Origin: the human T2T-CHM13v2.0 reference genome, Homo sapiens | Reading direction: 5' to 3' (one strand) | DNA length: 64,000 bases | NCBI RefSeq assembly: GCF_009914755.1 | Contig: NC_060935.1 | Shown here: piece by piece, positions 13,639 through 33,553 of the stretch | How the letters are laid out: the number at the start of each line of letters is the position of its first letter | How positions within the stretch are numbered: the first letter of the stretch is position 1 | Notes under the pieces: model-generated | The model's input: the letters and a program-made list of their open reading frames with translations, nothing else | The model's database searches: none | Told to the model about the DNA's origin: nothing | Position numbers and translations under genes: made by a program

Positions 13639-13933
13639 ATGAACTAGCCTTCTCTGGAATGCAATATAAAGTATGAATGTCTGTGAGAACATGTTAGAAG
13701 CACAGTGTGTTTGAGTAATCTGATGAGGAAAGAGAAAGTGAGAAAAGAAACAATGTGCTTCAAAGGTGCTTGCTGTGTGGCATTGATGTATTCATGTATG
13801 GGGAGAGTGAGATAGAGACTGTGGAGGTAAAGAAAGAAAAAATGAGAGACTTTTTAGCAGTTTCTGTGTATGGCGTACTTAGGAAAGGGAGAGGTGTCCA
13901 CGGAGAAATTTATGAAGTTGTCCAGGGGAGTTG

Positions 13934-14017
13934 TTTCCATTCAGCTCTCCTAATTTCACCATCAGAATTAATTATGTATTCTCCTGTTACTTTACTTATT
14001 TGCTTGTATTTCTAATA
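13934..14017 (+). repeat. 84-bp direct duplication, copy 2
   Basis: tttccattcagctctcctaatttcaccatcagaattaattatgtattctcctgttactttacttatttgcttgtatttctaata. Confidence 0.95.
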
Positions 14018-15501
14018 TAATACAATGATGCTGCAAAGAGCCACATTGTTTCAAGGCCTCTGGAGTTAGACTGCTGTTTATTTGAATGTGTAATATGAAG
14101 ATACCAAACATGGGGCTTCACTTTATACACAGTTTTGAAGTTTGGTTCTTTTTACTTACTTAACTGTCATGGAATTGTGAATGTCCAGAGAGTACAAAAA
14201 ATAATCAAAACTACAATTAGTGAATAATATGAAATAAAAATGACAAAATAAATTCTATTATAGCAATAATTATACATCGGCAGTTTTTTTAAAAAAGAAA
14301 AAGATATTGACTCTCATTATGAATACTTCAGTAGCCAGCAACTTATATGAGATATAGAAAAAGGAAAAATATACAGAAAAATGGAAAATAAAAGCACGTG
14401 AAAAGAAATACCCAGAAAATATGAAGCAAATGTCAATAAAAGAAAAAGTTGAAATCACAAAATTCCAAAATAACACAGGCATTATAGAAACAACTAGTTT
14501 TCTGGTTTGGGTGGGGAATTGGAAAACAAAAGCAGAGGGTGGAGAATAAATATCTATCTGTGCCCAAAAGGATTAACATGTTAACAAGTATTAGAATCCA
14601 ACATGTTGGGCATACCTCGCTTCTAAATCCCTGGTTATTGAGACTATGTTCTAAACTTGATTTTCAAGAATTATATGCATATTTAGATTTATTTATTTCA
14701 TTGTTACTTCATATTATACTTGAAGAAAATAGTGGTAAATTATTATGTTATAATCATATTAAGAAGGATGAAATGGGGAGATATGAATTTGAATTTATTA
14801 TTGGGGGTATGGAGGTTTATCTATAATATAGGGGACTAATACCAGAACATTGTGTTATGATATTCAGTGTATCCAAATAGTACTTTCTTCAAGGTAATTC
14901 TCCATTTTCTGCATTTAGAGGAAGCATGGAAAATAATTGTTTTTTACGGTATATTACTTGTTTAGAGTGTAGCATTCTAAGGAGAGTGTATTTTTCTTGT
15001 GGTTTAAACATGTCTAAATATTTCCTTGCATCTCCAATAAATGAAATCACCTCACACTTTCTTTTATCATAAAAATGTTTTATTTTTATATAAAGACTGA
15101 CTTCTATCAAAGTAATGCAGATACAAAGCAGAAAGACCTTGATGCTTTTCAATTACATTGATTCTCAAATAGCTTTCCGAGAACACTGTTGAACTCACCA
15201 AGGATGATCTGAAGTCTATGCTTAGAGTTTACTTTTCTTTCAGGTCTTTGGGGGGGGTCTCTTCACGACTGCTTGCTCACAAAGATTTACAAAAATACCA
15301 GTGAAATGAAATTTAGAACAAGAAATAGCCTTGGCTTACTCACAGTGGCAATGAAATAAACAATTCATTGTGAGGCATTCGAAGGAAAAGATAATAAATA
15401 GAAGACAGACTAGCTGTAGCCCTTTCGCCCTGTCAGGGTCTTTTTATTTTGAGCTGCAAATTTTTCACATGACAGAATTTAAATAAGAGTGTGCAAGAGG
15501 T

Positions 15502-15523
15502 TGTGTGTGTGTGTGTGTGTGTG
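15502..15523 (+). repeat. (TG)11 microsatellite
   Basis: Direct read. Confidence 0.95.
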
Positions 15524-16216
15524 TTACTGAAACAAACAGCTGAAAGCAGTTGGGTCGTATAATTTTAAGAAAAAGAATTTTATAATGTGTGAAGTTAAGA
15601 ATGCTGACCTATTCTATTTAGTTTTTAATATTTTTCAGTCACTTTCAACTCACTATCTCCCTAAATTCAGTGTCTTCACTTGTGAAAGGGAGGAAACAGA
15701 AGACCCTAACTGAAACGGTTATTATAATTAATTAAAAGAACACTATTTAAGTACTTAGTGTGTTATACAGCAAATAGTCAATAATGTTAATTGTTGCTAT
15801 TTTTTATAACTGAATATAGTTGAAAAGTATTTCAGCCATACAGGAAAAGTTCAGGAATGAGAACAGTACAAAGAACACCATCTTTATATAGATTAAATTA
15901 CTGTAAAGATTTTACATTATTTTAATAAGTAAACTACAGCCCCTTATTACCAGATAGTTCTGTGTATTTCCTAGGAATACTATATTACCATATATAATCA
16001 TAGAACAGTCAAAAACTGTAACAGTAATTTAATAGTGTTATGTAATCTACAGATTGTATTTCAATGTTTTCACTTGAGTAATCTCCTTTATTGCATTTAT
16101 TTTTGTACCAGTGCAGAATGCAGGTCTTCTATTAAGTTATCTTGTCTGTTTGTTTAGTCTTTTTAATTTTTAAACATTACCATAGCCTTTTTTTTTTTTT
16201 TGGTCTTTATGACATT

Positions 16217-16600
16217 GTATATATACACCATGGAATACTACATAACCATTAAAAAGTATAAAATCGTGTCCTTTGCAGCAACGTTGATGCAACTGGGGGC
16301 TGTTATCCTAAGCAAACTAAGGCAGAGGTAGAAAACCAAATATTGCACATCCTCACTTACAAGCAAGAGCTAAATCTTGGGTTCACAAGGACATAAAGTT
16401 GGAAACAATAGACACTAGGGACTCCAAAAGGAGGAAGGGAGGGGGAGGGCAAGGGTTGAAAATCTTCCTGTTGGGTACTATGTTCACTACCTGAGACACA
16501 GGATCAAAAGAAGCCCAAACCTCAGTACCACACAATATATCCTTGTAAGAAAACCTTCATGTGTGCCTCCTGACTCTAAAATTAAAATGGGAAAAAATAA
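16217..16600 (+). mobile_element. L1PA16/17-like 3' end
   Basis: ggacataaagttggaaacaatagacactagggactcc...gaagcccaaacctcag. Confidence 0.75.
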
Positions 16601-16861
16601 CAAAAATGAAAATACGTTATCTACTACTTGTATTCTTTTTTTTTCTTTTTATTATTATTATACTTTAAGTTTTAGGGTACATGTGCACAATGTGCAGGTT
16701 AGTTACATATGTATACGTGTGCCATTTCGGTGTGCTGCACCCATTAACTCGTCATTTAGCATTAGGTATATCTCCTAATGCTATCCCTCCCTCCTCCCCC
16801 CACCCCACAACAGTCCCCAGAGTGTGATGTTCCCCTTCCTGTGTCCATGTGTTCTCATTGT

Positions 16862-20673
<3,812 letters not shown>

Positions 20674-20721
20674 TTATTTTGCTCGTTAGTTGATGCAGTT
20701 TCTTCCTAGCCTCGATGATCT

Positions 20722-21739
20722 TTACAGTTTGGCATGATTTTGCAGTGGCTGGTACCAGTTGTTCCTTTCCATGTTTAACGCTTCCTTCAGGAGCTCTTTT
20801 AGGGCAGGCCTGGTGGTGACAAAATCTCTCAGCATTTGCTTGTCTGTAAAGTATTTTATTTCTCCTTCACTTATGAAGCTTAGTTTGGCTGGATATGAAA
20901 TTCTGGGTTGAAAATTCTTTTCTTTAAGAATGTTGAATATTGGCCCCCACTCTCTTCTGGCTTGTAGAGTTTCTGCCAAGAGATCTGCTGGTAGTCTGAT
21001 GGGCTTCCCTTTGAGGGTAACCCGACCTTTCTCTCTGGCTGCCCTTAACATTTTTTCCTTCATTTCAACTTTGGTGAATCTGACAATTATGTGTCTTGGA
21101 GTTGCTCTTCTCGAGGAGTATCTTTGTGGCGTTCTCTGTATTTCCTGAATCTGAACATTGGCCTGCCTTGCTAGATTGGGGAAGTTCTCCTGGATAATAT
21201 CCTGCAGAGTGTTTTCCAACTTGGTTCCATTCTCCCCGTCACTTTCAGGTACACCAATCAGACGTAGATTTGGTCTTTTCACATAGTCCTATATTTCTTG
21301 GGGGCTTTGTTCATTTCTTTTTATTCTTTTTTTCTCTAAACTTCCTTTCTCACTTCGTTTCATTCATTTCGTCTTCCATCACTGATACCCTTTCTTCCAG
21401 TTGATTGCATCGGCTCCTGAGGCTTCTGCATTCTTCATGTAGTTCTCGAGCCTTGGCTTTCAGCTCCATCAGCTCCTTTAAGCACTTCTCTGTATTGGTT
21501 ATTCTAGTTATACATTCATCCAAATTTTTTTCAAAGTTTTTAACTTCTTTGCCTTTGGTTTGAATTTCCTCCTGTAGCTTGGAGTAGTTTGATCATCTGA
21601 CGCCTTCTTCTCTCAACTCGTCAAAGTCATTCTCCATCCAGCTTTGTTCCATTGCTGGTGAGGAACTGCGTTCCTTTGGAGGAGGAGAGGCGCTCTGCTT
21701 TTTAGAGTTTCCAGTTTTTCTGCTCTGTTTTTTCCCCAT
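20722..21739 (-). pseudogene. L1 ORF1, single +1 frameshift
   Basis: ATG at 21739; span 1018 nt versus 1017 intact; A7 instead of A6 at ~21327-21333; C-terminal 186 aa open. Confidence 0.9.
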
Positions 21740-22764
21740 CTTTGTGGTTTTATCTACTTTTGGTCTTTGATGATGGTGATGTACAGATGGGTTTTTGGTG
21801 TGGATGTCCTTTCTGTTTGTTAGTTTTCCTTCTAACAGACAGGACCTTCAGCTGCAGGTCTGTTGGAGTTTGCTAGAGGTCCACTCCAGACCCTGTTTGC
21901 CTGGGTAACAGCAGCGATGGCTGCAGAACAGCGGATTTTCGTGAACCGCGAATGCTGCTGTCTGATCGTGCCTCTGAAAGTTTTGTCTCAGAGGAGTACC
22001 AGACCGTGTGAGGTGTCAGTGTGCCCCTACTGGGGGGTGCCTCCCAGTTAGGCTGCTTGGGGGTCAGGGGTCAGGGACCCACTTGAGGAGGCCGTCTGCC
22101 CATTCTCAGATCTCCAGCTGTGTGCTGGGAGAACCACTGCTCTCTTCAAAGCTGTCAGACAGGGACATTTAAGTCTGCAGAGGTTCCTGCTGTCTTTTTG
22201 TTTGTCTGTGCCCTGCCCCCAGAGGTGGAGCCTACAGAGGCAGGCAGGCCTCCTTGAGCTGTGGTGCGCTCCACCCAGTTCAAGCTTCCCGGCTGCTTTG
22301 TTTACCTAAGCAAGCCTGGGCAATGGCGGGCGCTCCTCCCCCAGCCACGCTGCCACCTTGCAGTTTGATCTCAGACTGCTGTGCTAGCAATCAGTGAGAC
22401 TCCGTGGGCGTAGGACCCTCTGAGCCAAGTGCGGGATATAATCTCCTGGTGCGCCGTTTTTTAAGCCCGTCAGAAAAGCGCAGTATTAGGGTGGGAGTGA
22501 CCCGATTTTCCAGGTGCCGTCTGTCACCCCTTTCTTTGACTAGGAAAGGGAACTCCCTGACCCCTTGCACTTCCGGAGTGAGGCAATGCCTTGCCCTGCT
22601 TTGGCTCGCACATGGTGCGCTGCACCCACTGTCCTGCACCCACTGTCTGGCACTCCCTAGTGAGATGAACCCGGTACCTCAGATGGAAATGCAGAAATCA
22701 CCTGTCTTCTGCGCCACTCACGCTGGGAGCTGTAGACCGGAGCTGTTCCTATTCGGCCATCTTC
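21740..22764 (-). promoter_or_regulatory. L1PA3 5' UTR internal sense and antisense promoter; YY1 motif at the extreme 5' end
   Basis: CpG-rich 5' UTR; AAGATGGCC (22755-22763, -); ORF0 start atggcgggc at 22323 (+). Confidence 0.8.
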
Positions 22765-24287
22765 CTACTACTTGTATTCCATAAATGATTCCTCAACCTG
22801 AGCTTTCTTGATGTTTCCTCATCATTAGATTCACATTATTTATTTCTTGCTGGAATAATACTTAGGTGAAGTCGTGCACTTCTCAGAAAATCACATTTGG
22901 GGGCACATGGCATTCATTTGTTTCACTGGTTATATCAGTTTTCAATACCCCGACAAGGGGATGTCTCATTTCTCTACTGTATAATGTAGTACATTTTCCC
23001 TTGCAAATAATAAGCAATTTGTGAGAAACACTTTTAAGGCATGAAAATATTCTGTGCTCACTGGCTCACTGAAATTTCCCCCAAAGCTTATCATCCATTG
23101 ATGATTCTTAAATTAACAAAATTTTACTATATGTTTGCAAAAGGATAATTTTCCCATTATGGCATGTGCATCACATTTATTAGCTGGAACTTAACCACCT
23201 CCCATTTACAAGTTTATTTATGTATTTGTGTATGTATGTACATACATATTTAACTGTTAATGATTGGTTTGGGTGCATAGATTTCTATTTTTTCAATTGT
23301 TTTTAATTATTACACTTAATAATCTTGGTGTTCAGAGTTTTCCAGATCTAAACAGTGGATCCCCTTTAAGCTAGTACTTGTATCCCTGTCACATGTCCTC
23401 ATCATTTTTTTTGAGAGCTCCTTAATTATGACATAGTAGCCCTGAAAATGTTTTTCCTTTAAGTGGGGAATATGATTTAAAAAATCATGATCTCTGAGTT
23501 GCTAGATATGTGTATTGTTAATGAATATTTCTGTTTATAGTGGTCAGAGATAGGGAATACATGCATACATGTGTATGACCATATATTTATATATCTATAT
23601 CTACATCTATACACATATGTATGCATATATATGTATGTGTACATATATACACATATGTACATGTAAATACACACTCAAATGCATACATTTGAAACCATAA
23701 GCTTACACCAGTATCTCTAAATTTAATTCCTTTCCACAAGGTTCTTTCTTCCCCTATTTTATATTTTTATCTCCCTCCTTCAACTCTGGCTCCCAACATC
23801 AATACATTTACTTATTTTCTCAATTCTATAATATATCTGAAATGATTTCAAAATTGCTTTGCTCATATGACTAAAAAATAAAATGTTCTAAGAATGGCCC
23901 AGGGTTTGTTTGTAGTAGTCCCCTCCCTTCACTAACCCATACTGCCCAAGATTGATAACAATCACCCAGCCAAAGAATGCCCTTATAAATTACTTGAGTT
24001 CAATTTTTTTCCTTTTTTTCTTCAGTGTGTTTATGATACTTCTTTGAAAAGAATTCTTTGAATTAGATGAATTTGTAGACTTAATATTTTTAATGTACAA
24101 TAATTTCAAAAAGATTCTCATGATCATGCAAAAAAGGTATATTCAGATAAACGTCTTTCCTTTCCATATCCATTCCACTGTTTTCTCCTGCACCCTTGCA
24201 TATAATAAATTTCATTGTTTTTCGGTTTATCTTTTCTATATTTCTTTTTGGAAAGATAAGCAAATGTATATATATTTTCTTTTCTTT

Positions 24288-24581
24288 TCCTCTAATTTTT
24301 AGACAGAGTCTTGCTTTGTCACCCAGGCTGGAGTGCAGTGGAGCGATCTCAGCTCACTGTAACCTCTGCCTCCCAAGTTCAAGCAATTCTCCAGACTCAG
24401 CCTCCTGAGTGGCTGGGATTACAGATGCCTGCCACCACACGTGGCTAATTTTTATGTTTTTAGTAGAGATGAGGTTTCAGCATGTTGGTCAGTCTGGTCT
24501 CAAACTTCTGACCTCAAGCAATCCACCCACCTCGGCATCCCAAAGTACTGGGATTACAGGCATGAGCCACTGTGCCTGGCT
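24288..24581 (-). mobile_element. AluSx/Sz with 17-bp TSD
   Basis: Full dimer; TSD tatattttcttttcttt at 24271-24287 and 24583-24599. Confidence 0.9.
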
Positions 24582-24620
24582 CTATATTTTCTTTTCTTTC
24601 TCTTTCTCCATCACCCTCCT

Positions 24621-24791
24621 CTTTTTTCTTTTTTTTTTTTTTTCTTGAGCCAGGGTCTCATCCTGTTGCTCAGGCTGGAGTCTAGTGACATGATCACAGC
24701 TCACTGCAGCCCTGAACTCCCAGGCTCAAGCAGTCCTCCTGCCTCAGCCTCCTGAGTAGCTGGAACTACAAGCACATGCCACCATGCCTGG
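24621..24791 (-). mobile_element. FRAM / AluJ right monomer
   Basis: cagggtctca...tgatcacagctcactgcagcc...ggctcaagcagtcctcc J-type positions; single arm only. Confidence 0.85.
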
Positions 24792-24799
24792 TAAGGCTA

Positions 24800-25260
24800 G
24801 TGTACTAATATAAATCACTTCACACTTTACTTTTTAAATTTTACAATATCTCTTGGAAATCCCTTCAGAGTTGTTCATAGAATTGTTCCTCATTTTATTT
24901 TTTAAAAGTCTTTATGGTATCAGTTTGTTTGTAGGTACCATAGTTCATTCAGTGGATCTTCTATGCTGGAATGTTTAGCTATTTTCCAACATTTTGCAGT
25001 GATCAATTATACAGAATGACTAACTTTGTGCATATGTATTTTTCTATTTTTGGAGGCGTTCCTAGTATATTCTTAGAATTGAGATTTCTGAGTCAAAAGA
25101 TAAATGTGTATGCAGTTTAGTAAAAGATTGCCAAACTCCTCTCCGTATGGGTTGTATCAGTTTGCAATCCCACCAGCACTGTATGAGAGTTCATGTTTCC
25201 TTTTGTTTGCACCAACAGTGTACTATCAAGCTTTTGAATCATTGCCAATTTGGTGAGTTA
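24800..25260 (-). mobile_element. Old L1ME-like fragment
   Basis: ttgccaaactcctctcc..gggttgtatcagtttgcaatcccaccagcactgtatgagagttc antisense ORF2 end. Confidence 0.65.
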
Positions 25261-26055
25261 TGATATTATATTTACAGAAAACTTGTGAAGTAAGCGTTAT
25301 TATATTTGTAACACAGATAAGGAATAATATTACATAATGTGTGAAGAGATTATATAATGTTCTAAGGCTCCATAGTAAGTAACTTGTAAAAATTAAATTT
25401 AGCCCTTCATCAGTCTTCCAAGCCTTTATTTTATTGAAAGGAAACTAGAGATTTAGTCTTTTTCGCAATTTCAAAGAAGTGTTGGTCAACATAGAATTGC
25501 ATGGTAGTAGTTCATGTCAACTGAAAAATAAAGACACTAGTTTCCAAGAAAAAACAGGAAGTCATTCTTAATATGTCAAAGATTATAAAAATTGGTAATT
25601 TGAAGGGGAGGAAGCAGAGGCTTAGTGATGATAATAGAAACATAAAAATAATAAAAGTAGATTGGCCATATAATTAATTGTTCATCCATGATCGCTTTGA
25701 GACTAAAGGAGGACTAATAGAATATTTAAAATGATACTCATATAGTTCTAATATTTTGAAATATTTATTGACCAACATATTTATATGTCAATGGACATAT
25801 AATTCTATTCAACAAGTACTTTCAAAAATAAAATTATTTCTAAAATATAAAAATAGCATAAATCCAAGCATTTTATAGTGAGTAAAAAGGTTTTCTATTG
25901 ATTATCTGAACATTAAAAGTAACAGAAACAGTATAGTTAATTTTTGATGTATATTTACATATTTTATAAGTATATTAACTTATGAAATGTCTCTAATACC
26001 ATGTTACATATTTTTTTCTAAAGACTGTATTTATCAACCTGATATTTTAATTTTA

Positions 26056-26135
26056 TTTTGTGGGTGCAAAAGTAATTGCTGTTTTTGCCATTACTTTTAG
26101 TGGCAAAAACCACAATTACTTTTGCAACAACCTAA
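26056..26135. mobile_element. MADE1 (Hsmar1-derived 80-bp palindromic MITE) with TA TSD
   Basis: gtgcaaaagtaattgctgtttttgcca-ttactttta-gtggcaaaaaccacaattacttttgcaac; TA at 26054-55 and 26136-37. Confidence 0.95.
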
Positions 26136-27186
26136 TACATTTAACAAAATTGCCTGCATTATTTTTATGCAAAAAGCAGTTAATAAATACATTTGAAATT
26201 GTTGATACCGTCAACTGACCACTGTCTGTCTATGTTAATATTTCAAAGCGAGGAAACACAATGTATTCAGTAAGCTCAGAACAAATTCTGCCAGATAAAA
26301 AAATTCTTAATTGTAATGTTTTAAATTGAAATGTGTAAATATAGTGGTTCAAATATTTTCACAGGTATTTTCTTGCCTTATTTCAGAACAACTTTCCTAA
26401 TTATTTTTTTAAAGGACAAAACACATCAAATGTGTTGTCTCTATTTATGACTGTTTTGAATATTTTACTAAGTATAGATATTCTAAAATAATAGATCTCA
26501 GTTTCATTCTAGTTGTGTAGAATATAAAGGAGTCTTTCCAAAAGTTGACATACCCAAAGCCTACTTATACAATTGAGCTCTCATTATTTAATTTTCCTTT
26601 TATAAGAACAAATTTTATTGCCTTTTTATTTGCAAATATAGTTATCAATAATTTGAAGTGGCTAAGAGCTTCAAATGTTGAACTTTTGTGACATTCTATT
26701 TGTTGAATATTTTACAGATTTATCATTGATTTCTAACAAAATAAACTAACATATTGAATTAATTACGCACCCCAATCCTATACCATTGTAGAACACCTAG
26801 ACTGATTTATAAAGTGGTCATTTAAAGGTTAAGCATTTCTAAAATCCTATTGATTAAGGACAGTAAGTAAAAGTACTTTTTAAAATTTGTATTCAATTTC
26901 TTGATGATCATCAAAATTTTGTAGTTGTTTTGGTATACGTAAAATTTATCAACTATAGCATCTTTTTAGTTGGATAGGCTGTCAGAACTTGTTTGGATGT
27001 AACACTGAATTAGGTATATTTTACAAAGACTTTGAAGTCTATTTCTGTCACATAGGTTTGTTAATTTAGACAAAACATTGGATTTACCATGATGCTGTAT
27101 TCCACCGATATGTATATTTGCATTATACTATTTAAAGTATTTTTATCTTCAATAATGATCATTTTAACTTAATTTACAATAGCACT

Positions 27187-28690
27187 TACTGGCATAAAAA
27201 CAGAAATATCGACCAATGGATCAGAATAGAGAACCTACTAATAATCCACATGTCTATAGCCAAATTATTTTTGATAAAAGCATCAAGAACATACACTGGA
27301 GAAATGACAGTCTCTTCGAAAAATGGTACTTGTAAGACTGTATATTCATATGCATAAGAAGGAAACTAGATCCCAACGTCTTACCTTAGACAAAACTCAA
27401 CTGAAAATAGATGAAAGATCTAAATGTAAGACCCAAAACTATAAATCTCCTAGAAGAAAACATACGGGAAATTCCTTAGGACCTTGGTTTGGGAAGAGAT
27501 TTTATGAATAAGACCTCAAAAGCACAGGCAACAAAAATAAAAATAAACCAATGGGATTACATCAAACACAAAGCTTCTGCAGAGCCAAGGAAACAATAAC
27601 AGAGTGAAACAAAAACCTACATAATGGAAGAAAATATTTGCAAACCATTGACCTGATGGGACATTAATATCCAGAATATACAGGGAATTCAAACATCTCA
27701 ACAGCAAAAAATAAGAGAGTCAAATTAAAAAATTGACCAATGATCTGAGCAGACATTTCTCGAAAGAATACATGCAAGTAGCCAAGAAATATATGAAAAA
27801 ATGCTATCATCACTAATCATCAGGAAAATGCAAATCAAAAATAAAATGAGGTGTCATCTTAGTCCAGTTAGGATGGCTATTACTTAAAAAAATAACAAAT
27901 ACTGGAGAGGACGTAAAGGAAGGAGAACTCTTATACACTGTTTGTGGAAATGTAAAATAGTATAACCATTATGAAGAACACTATGAAGTTTCTCAAAAAT
28001 CTACAAATAGATTTACCATATTATCAAGCAATCCCACTACTGGACATGTATCCAAAGGACAGAAAATCAGTACATTGAAGAGACATCTGCACACCCATGT
28101 TTACTGCAGCACCATTCAAATAGCCAAGGTCCAGAATCAACCTAGGTTTCTAACAACAGATGAATGGATAAAGAAAATTTGGTGTATTTATACAATGGAA
28201 TACTATTCAGCCACACAAAGGAATAAAATCCTGTCATTCATAGCAATATTAATGGAACTGGAGGACGTTATATTAAGTGAAACAAGGCAGGAACAGAAAG
28301 TTAAACATCACATGTTCTCACTTATATGTGAAAGCTAAGAAGAGCATGCACAGAAGTACAAAGAGGATACTAGAGGCTGGAAATGTTAGCGGGGAGGAGG
28401 AATAGGAAGAGATTTGTTAAATGAGATAAAATTGAAGCTACATGGGAGGAGTAAGTTCTACTGTTCTATAGCACTGTAGTGTGACTAGAGTTAACAGTAA
28501 TATATTATACATTTTCTAAGAGCTAGAAGGAGGCTATTGAATGTTCCATAACAAAGAAATGATAAATATTTCTGAAATGATGAATATGTTAATTACCTTG
28601 AAATGATCACTGTACATCACATATATTGCAACATCACTCTGTAATCCATAAGTATGTACAATTATTACATGTCAGTTACAAAATTTGTTT
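27187..28690 (+). mobile_element. 5'-truncated L1MA5-like
   Basis: ORF2 C-terminal remnants (28075-28338 ..EWIKKIWCIYTMEYYSA..); 3' UTR ttctatagcactgtag..gagctagaaggagg. Confidence 0.85.
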
Positions 28691-29285
28691 AAGCTGGAAG
28701 AAAAAATATCAGTTTGAATAAGCTTTCAAAAGCCTTATTTTGATTTTTTGATGTGCATAAAAATATTGAACATTTATAGTCATAATTTATACTCTCATTT
28801 CAAGCATTTGATAACACTAAAATGCTAACACTGGCATCACCCACCTATCTTGAAAATTCTCCTTCTGCTAAAGGAGCCAGTGCATTAAGAGCTATCATTT
28901 TGTTTTTCAAACATACACAAAAATACTTGGAATAAATAAAATAGTAAAGTCGATTTCCATCAAATAAAAAATGCTTCACCAAATAATATATAAATGTACC
29001 TTCTGCACATGCCCATGGGGCTTATCTTTTTCACATCCTTCTTATAATACTAACTTTTGAACTTTATACTGATACTTCTTCAGCAGAATTATATCTTCTC
29101 ATAGCCATATGTCAGTGATTTTGCTGCAGTCTTCATGGCGGGGCAGTAAATTTCAACGTGTTTGAATTTTATACCTTTATTGTCAGGTTCCTTGAGAAAT
29201 TGAAATTCAGTTCATTTCTAAAACAGAGTTTTAATTCAAATAAAAATTTAGTTCATTCCTGCCATCAGAGTTGCCTGTAAAATAA

Positions 29286-32273
<2,988 letters not shown>

Positions 32274-32739
32274 TTAAGTAAAATACAATATATGGTAAGA
32301 ACACATATAGCCAAAATGTTCAGACTATTCTTTCTATGCAGTCTAAATACTGAATATCTTTTTCCTTCTCATATTTCACTTATAAATAGCTGACAGCTTA
32401 CTACAGTTTTCACTAAAAAAGCCATCTCGTGGCTTTGCAATATTGCACAGGACATGGCACAACTGATTATTAATGAAGTAATTGGCAGGTGCAACAGCAT
32501 TGAATATTTTTCCACTACTGCCAGAAACTAGATGGAGTCAGCTATTCCTAGTTATTCCTGCTTGCGGATATTTTGCTTCACTCAGTAGGACTCTCCATTT
32601 GTCCTCCAATTGAAGTATTTTTTATGTTGTATCTGTTAGAGTTGTCTAAGGCACCTTTGATATTTCAAACGTGTTGAAGAGATAATTTTCTTAATTACAG
32701 GTTTCTGAAAGTAAAGAGACCAAACAAATCCCAATTTAT

Positions 32740-32866
32740 GTTAATGCTTGATAGCAACCATTCATTTAAAGGAAAACTCCAGAACTATTATTGAGTGGCA
32801 TGGGATGCTGGAACAACTGGTATTAATTGAATCTGTCCCTGGCAAATTAGGATATATGGTCACTAT
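32740..32866 (-). mobile_element. hAT-Blackjack MITE (MER94-like)
   Basis: ctgtccctggcaaattaggatatatggtcact terminus. Confidence 0.55.
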
Positions 32867-33046
32867 AAATGTAAACATCAATATAAATACCACCTCACTC
32901 TCGCCTTCTAGTGACTATAAGGAGTATATAAAAAATAAATCCACAAGTGCACTATATACAGATTAATATACATCAAACCATTCATTTATTCAAAATTCAC
33001 TAGGCATGATTATACAATTATATGGATATTAATGAGATATTATTCT

Positions 33047-33553
33047 TGTGGTTGTTTTAAAATGTATTCAGAAATTATTCATTGCTCTTTTTTTCAATGG
33101 TGAGAGTCTAATCCTCCTCCACTTGACTTTGGGCTATACTTAATAACTCATTTCTAACAAAGAAAGTATGTCAGAATTGATGATATATGACTTCTGGGGC
33201 TTTGTAATAAAAGCATTTTAGCTTCCTTCTTGCTCTCTCCCTCTTGGGTCACTCATCCTGAGGGAAGCTACCCGTAATGTTGAAGAACACTCAAGCAGCT
33301 TAACAAGTAACTGAGCACTATCCCTAACAACCAGTGAGGAACTGGAACCTCCTGTCCATAGCCATGCACATGAGCCAAGTTGAAGATGAATCCTGATGAC
33401 TGCAGCTGTGGTCAAATTTTGACTAAAACATTCATAAAAAACCAAGTCAAAGCATATAGCTAAGCTACTCCCTAATTGCTGACCAACAGATGTTTATTGC
33501 CTTAAGATACTAAATTTTAGGGTAATTTATTATACAGCAATAAATAACTAATA
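33047..33553 (+). mobile_element. MLT1F-like MaLR LTR
   Basis: tgtggttgttttaaaatgt...agctaagctactccc...ttttagggtaatttattatacagcaataaataactaata. Confidence 0.75.
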
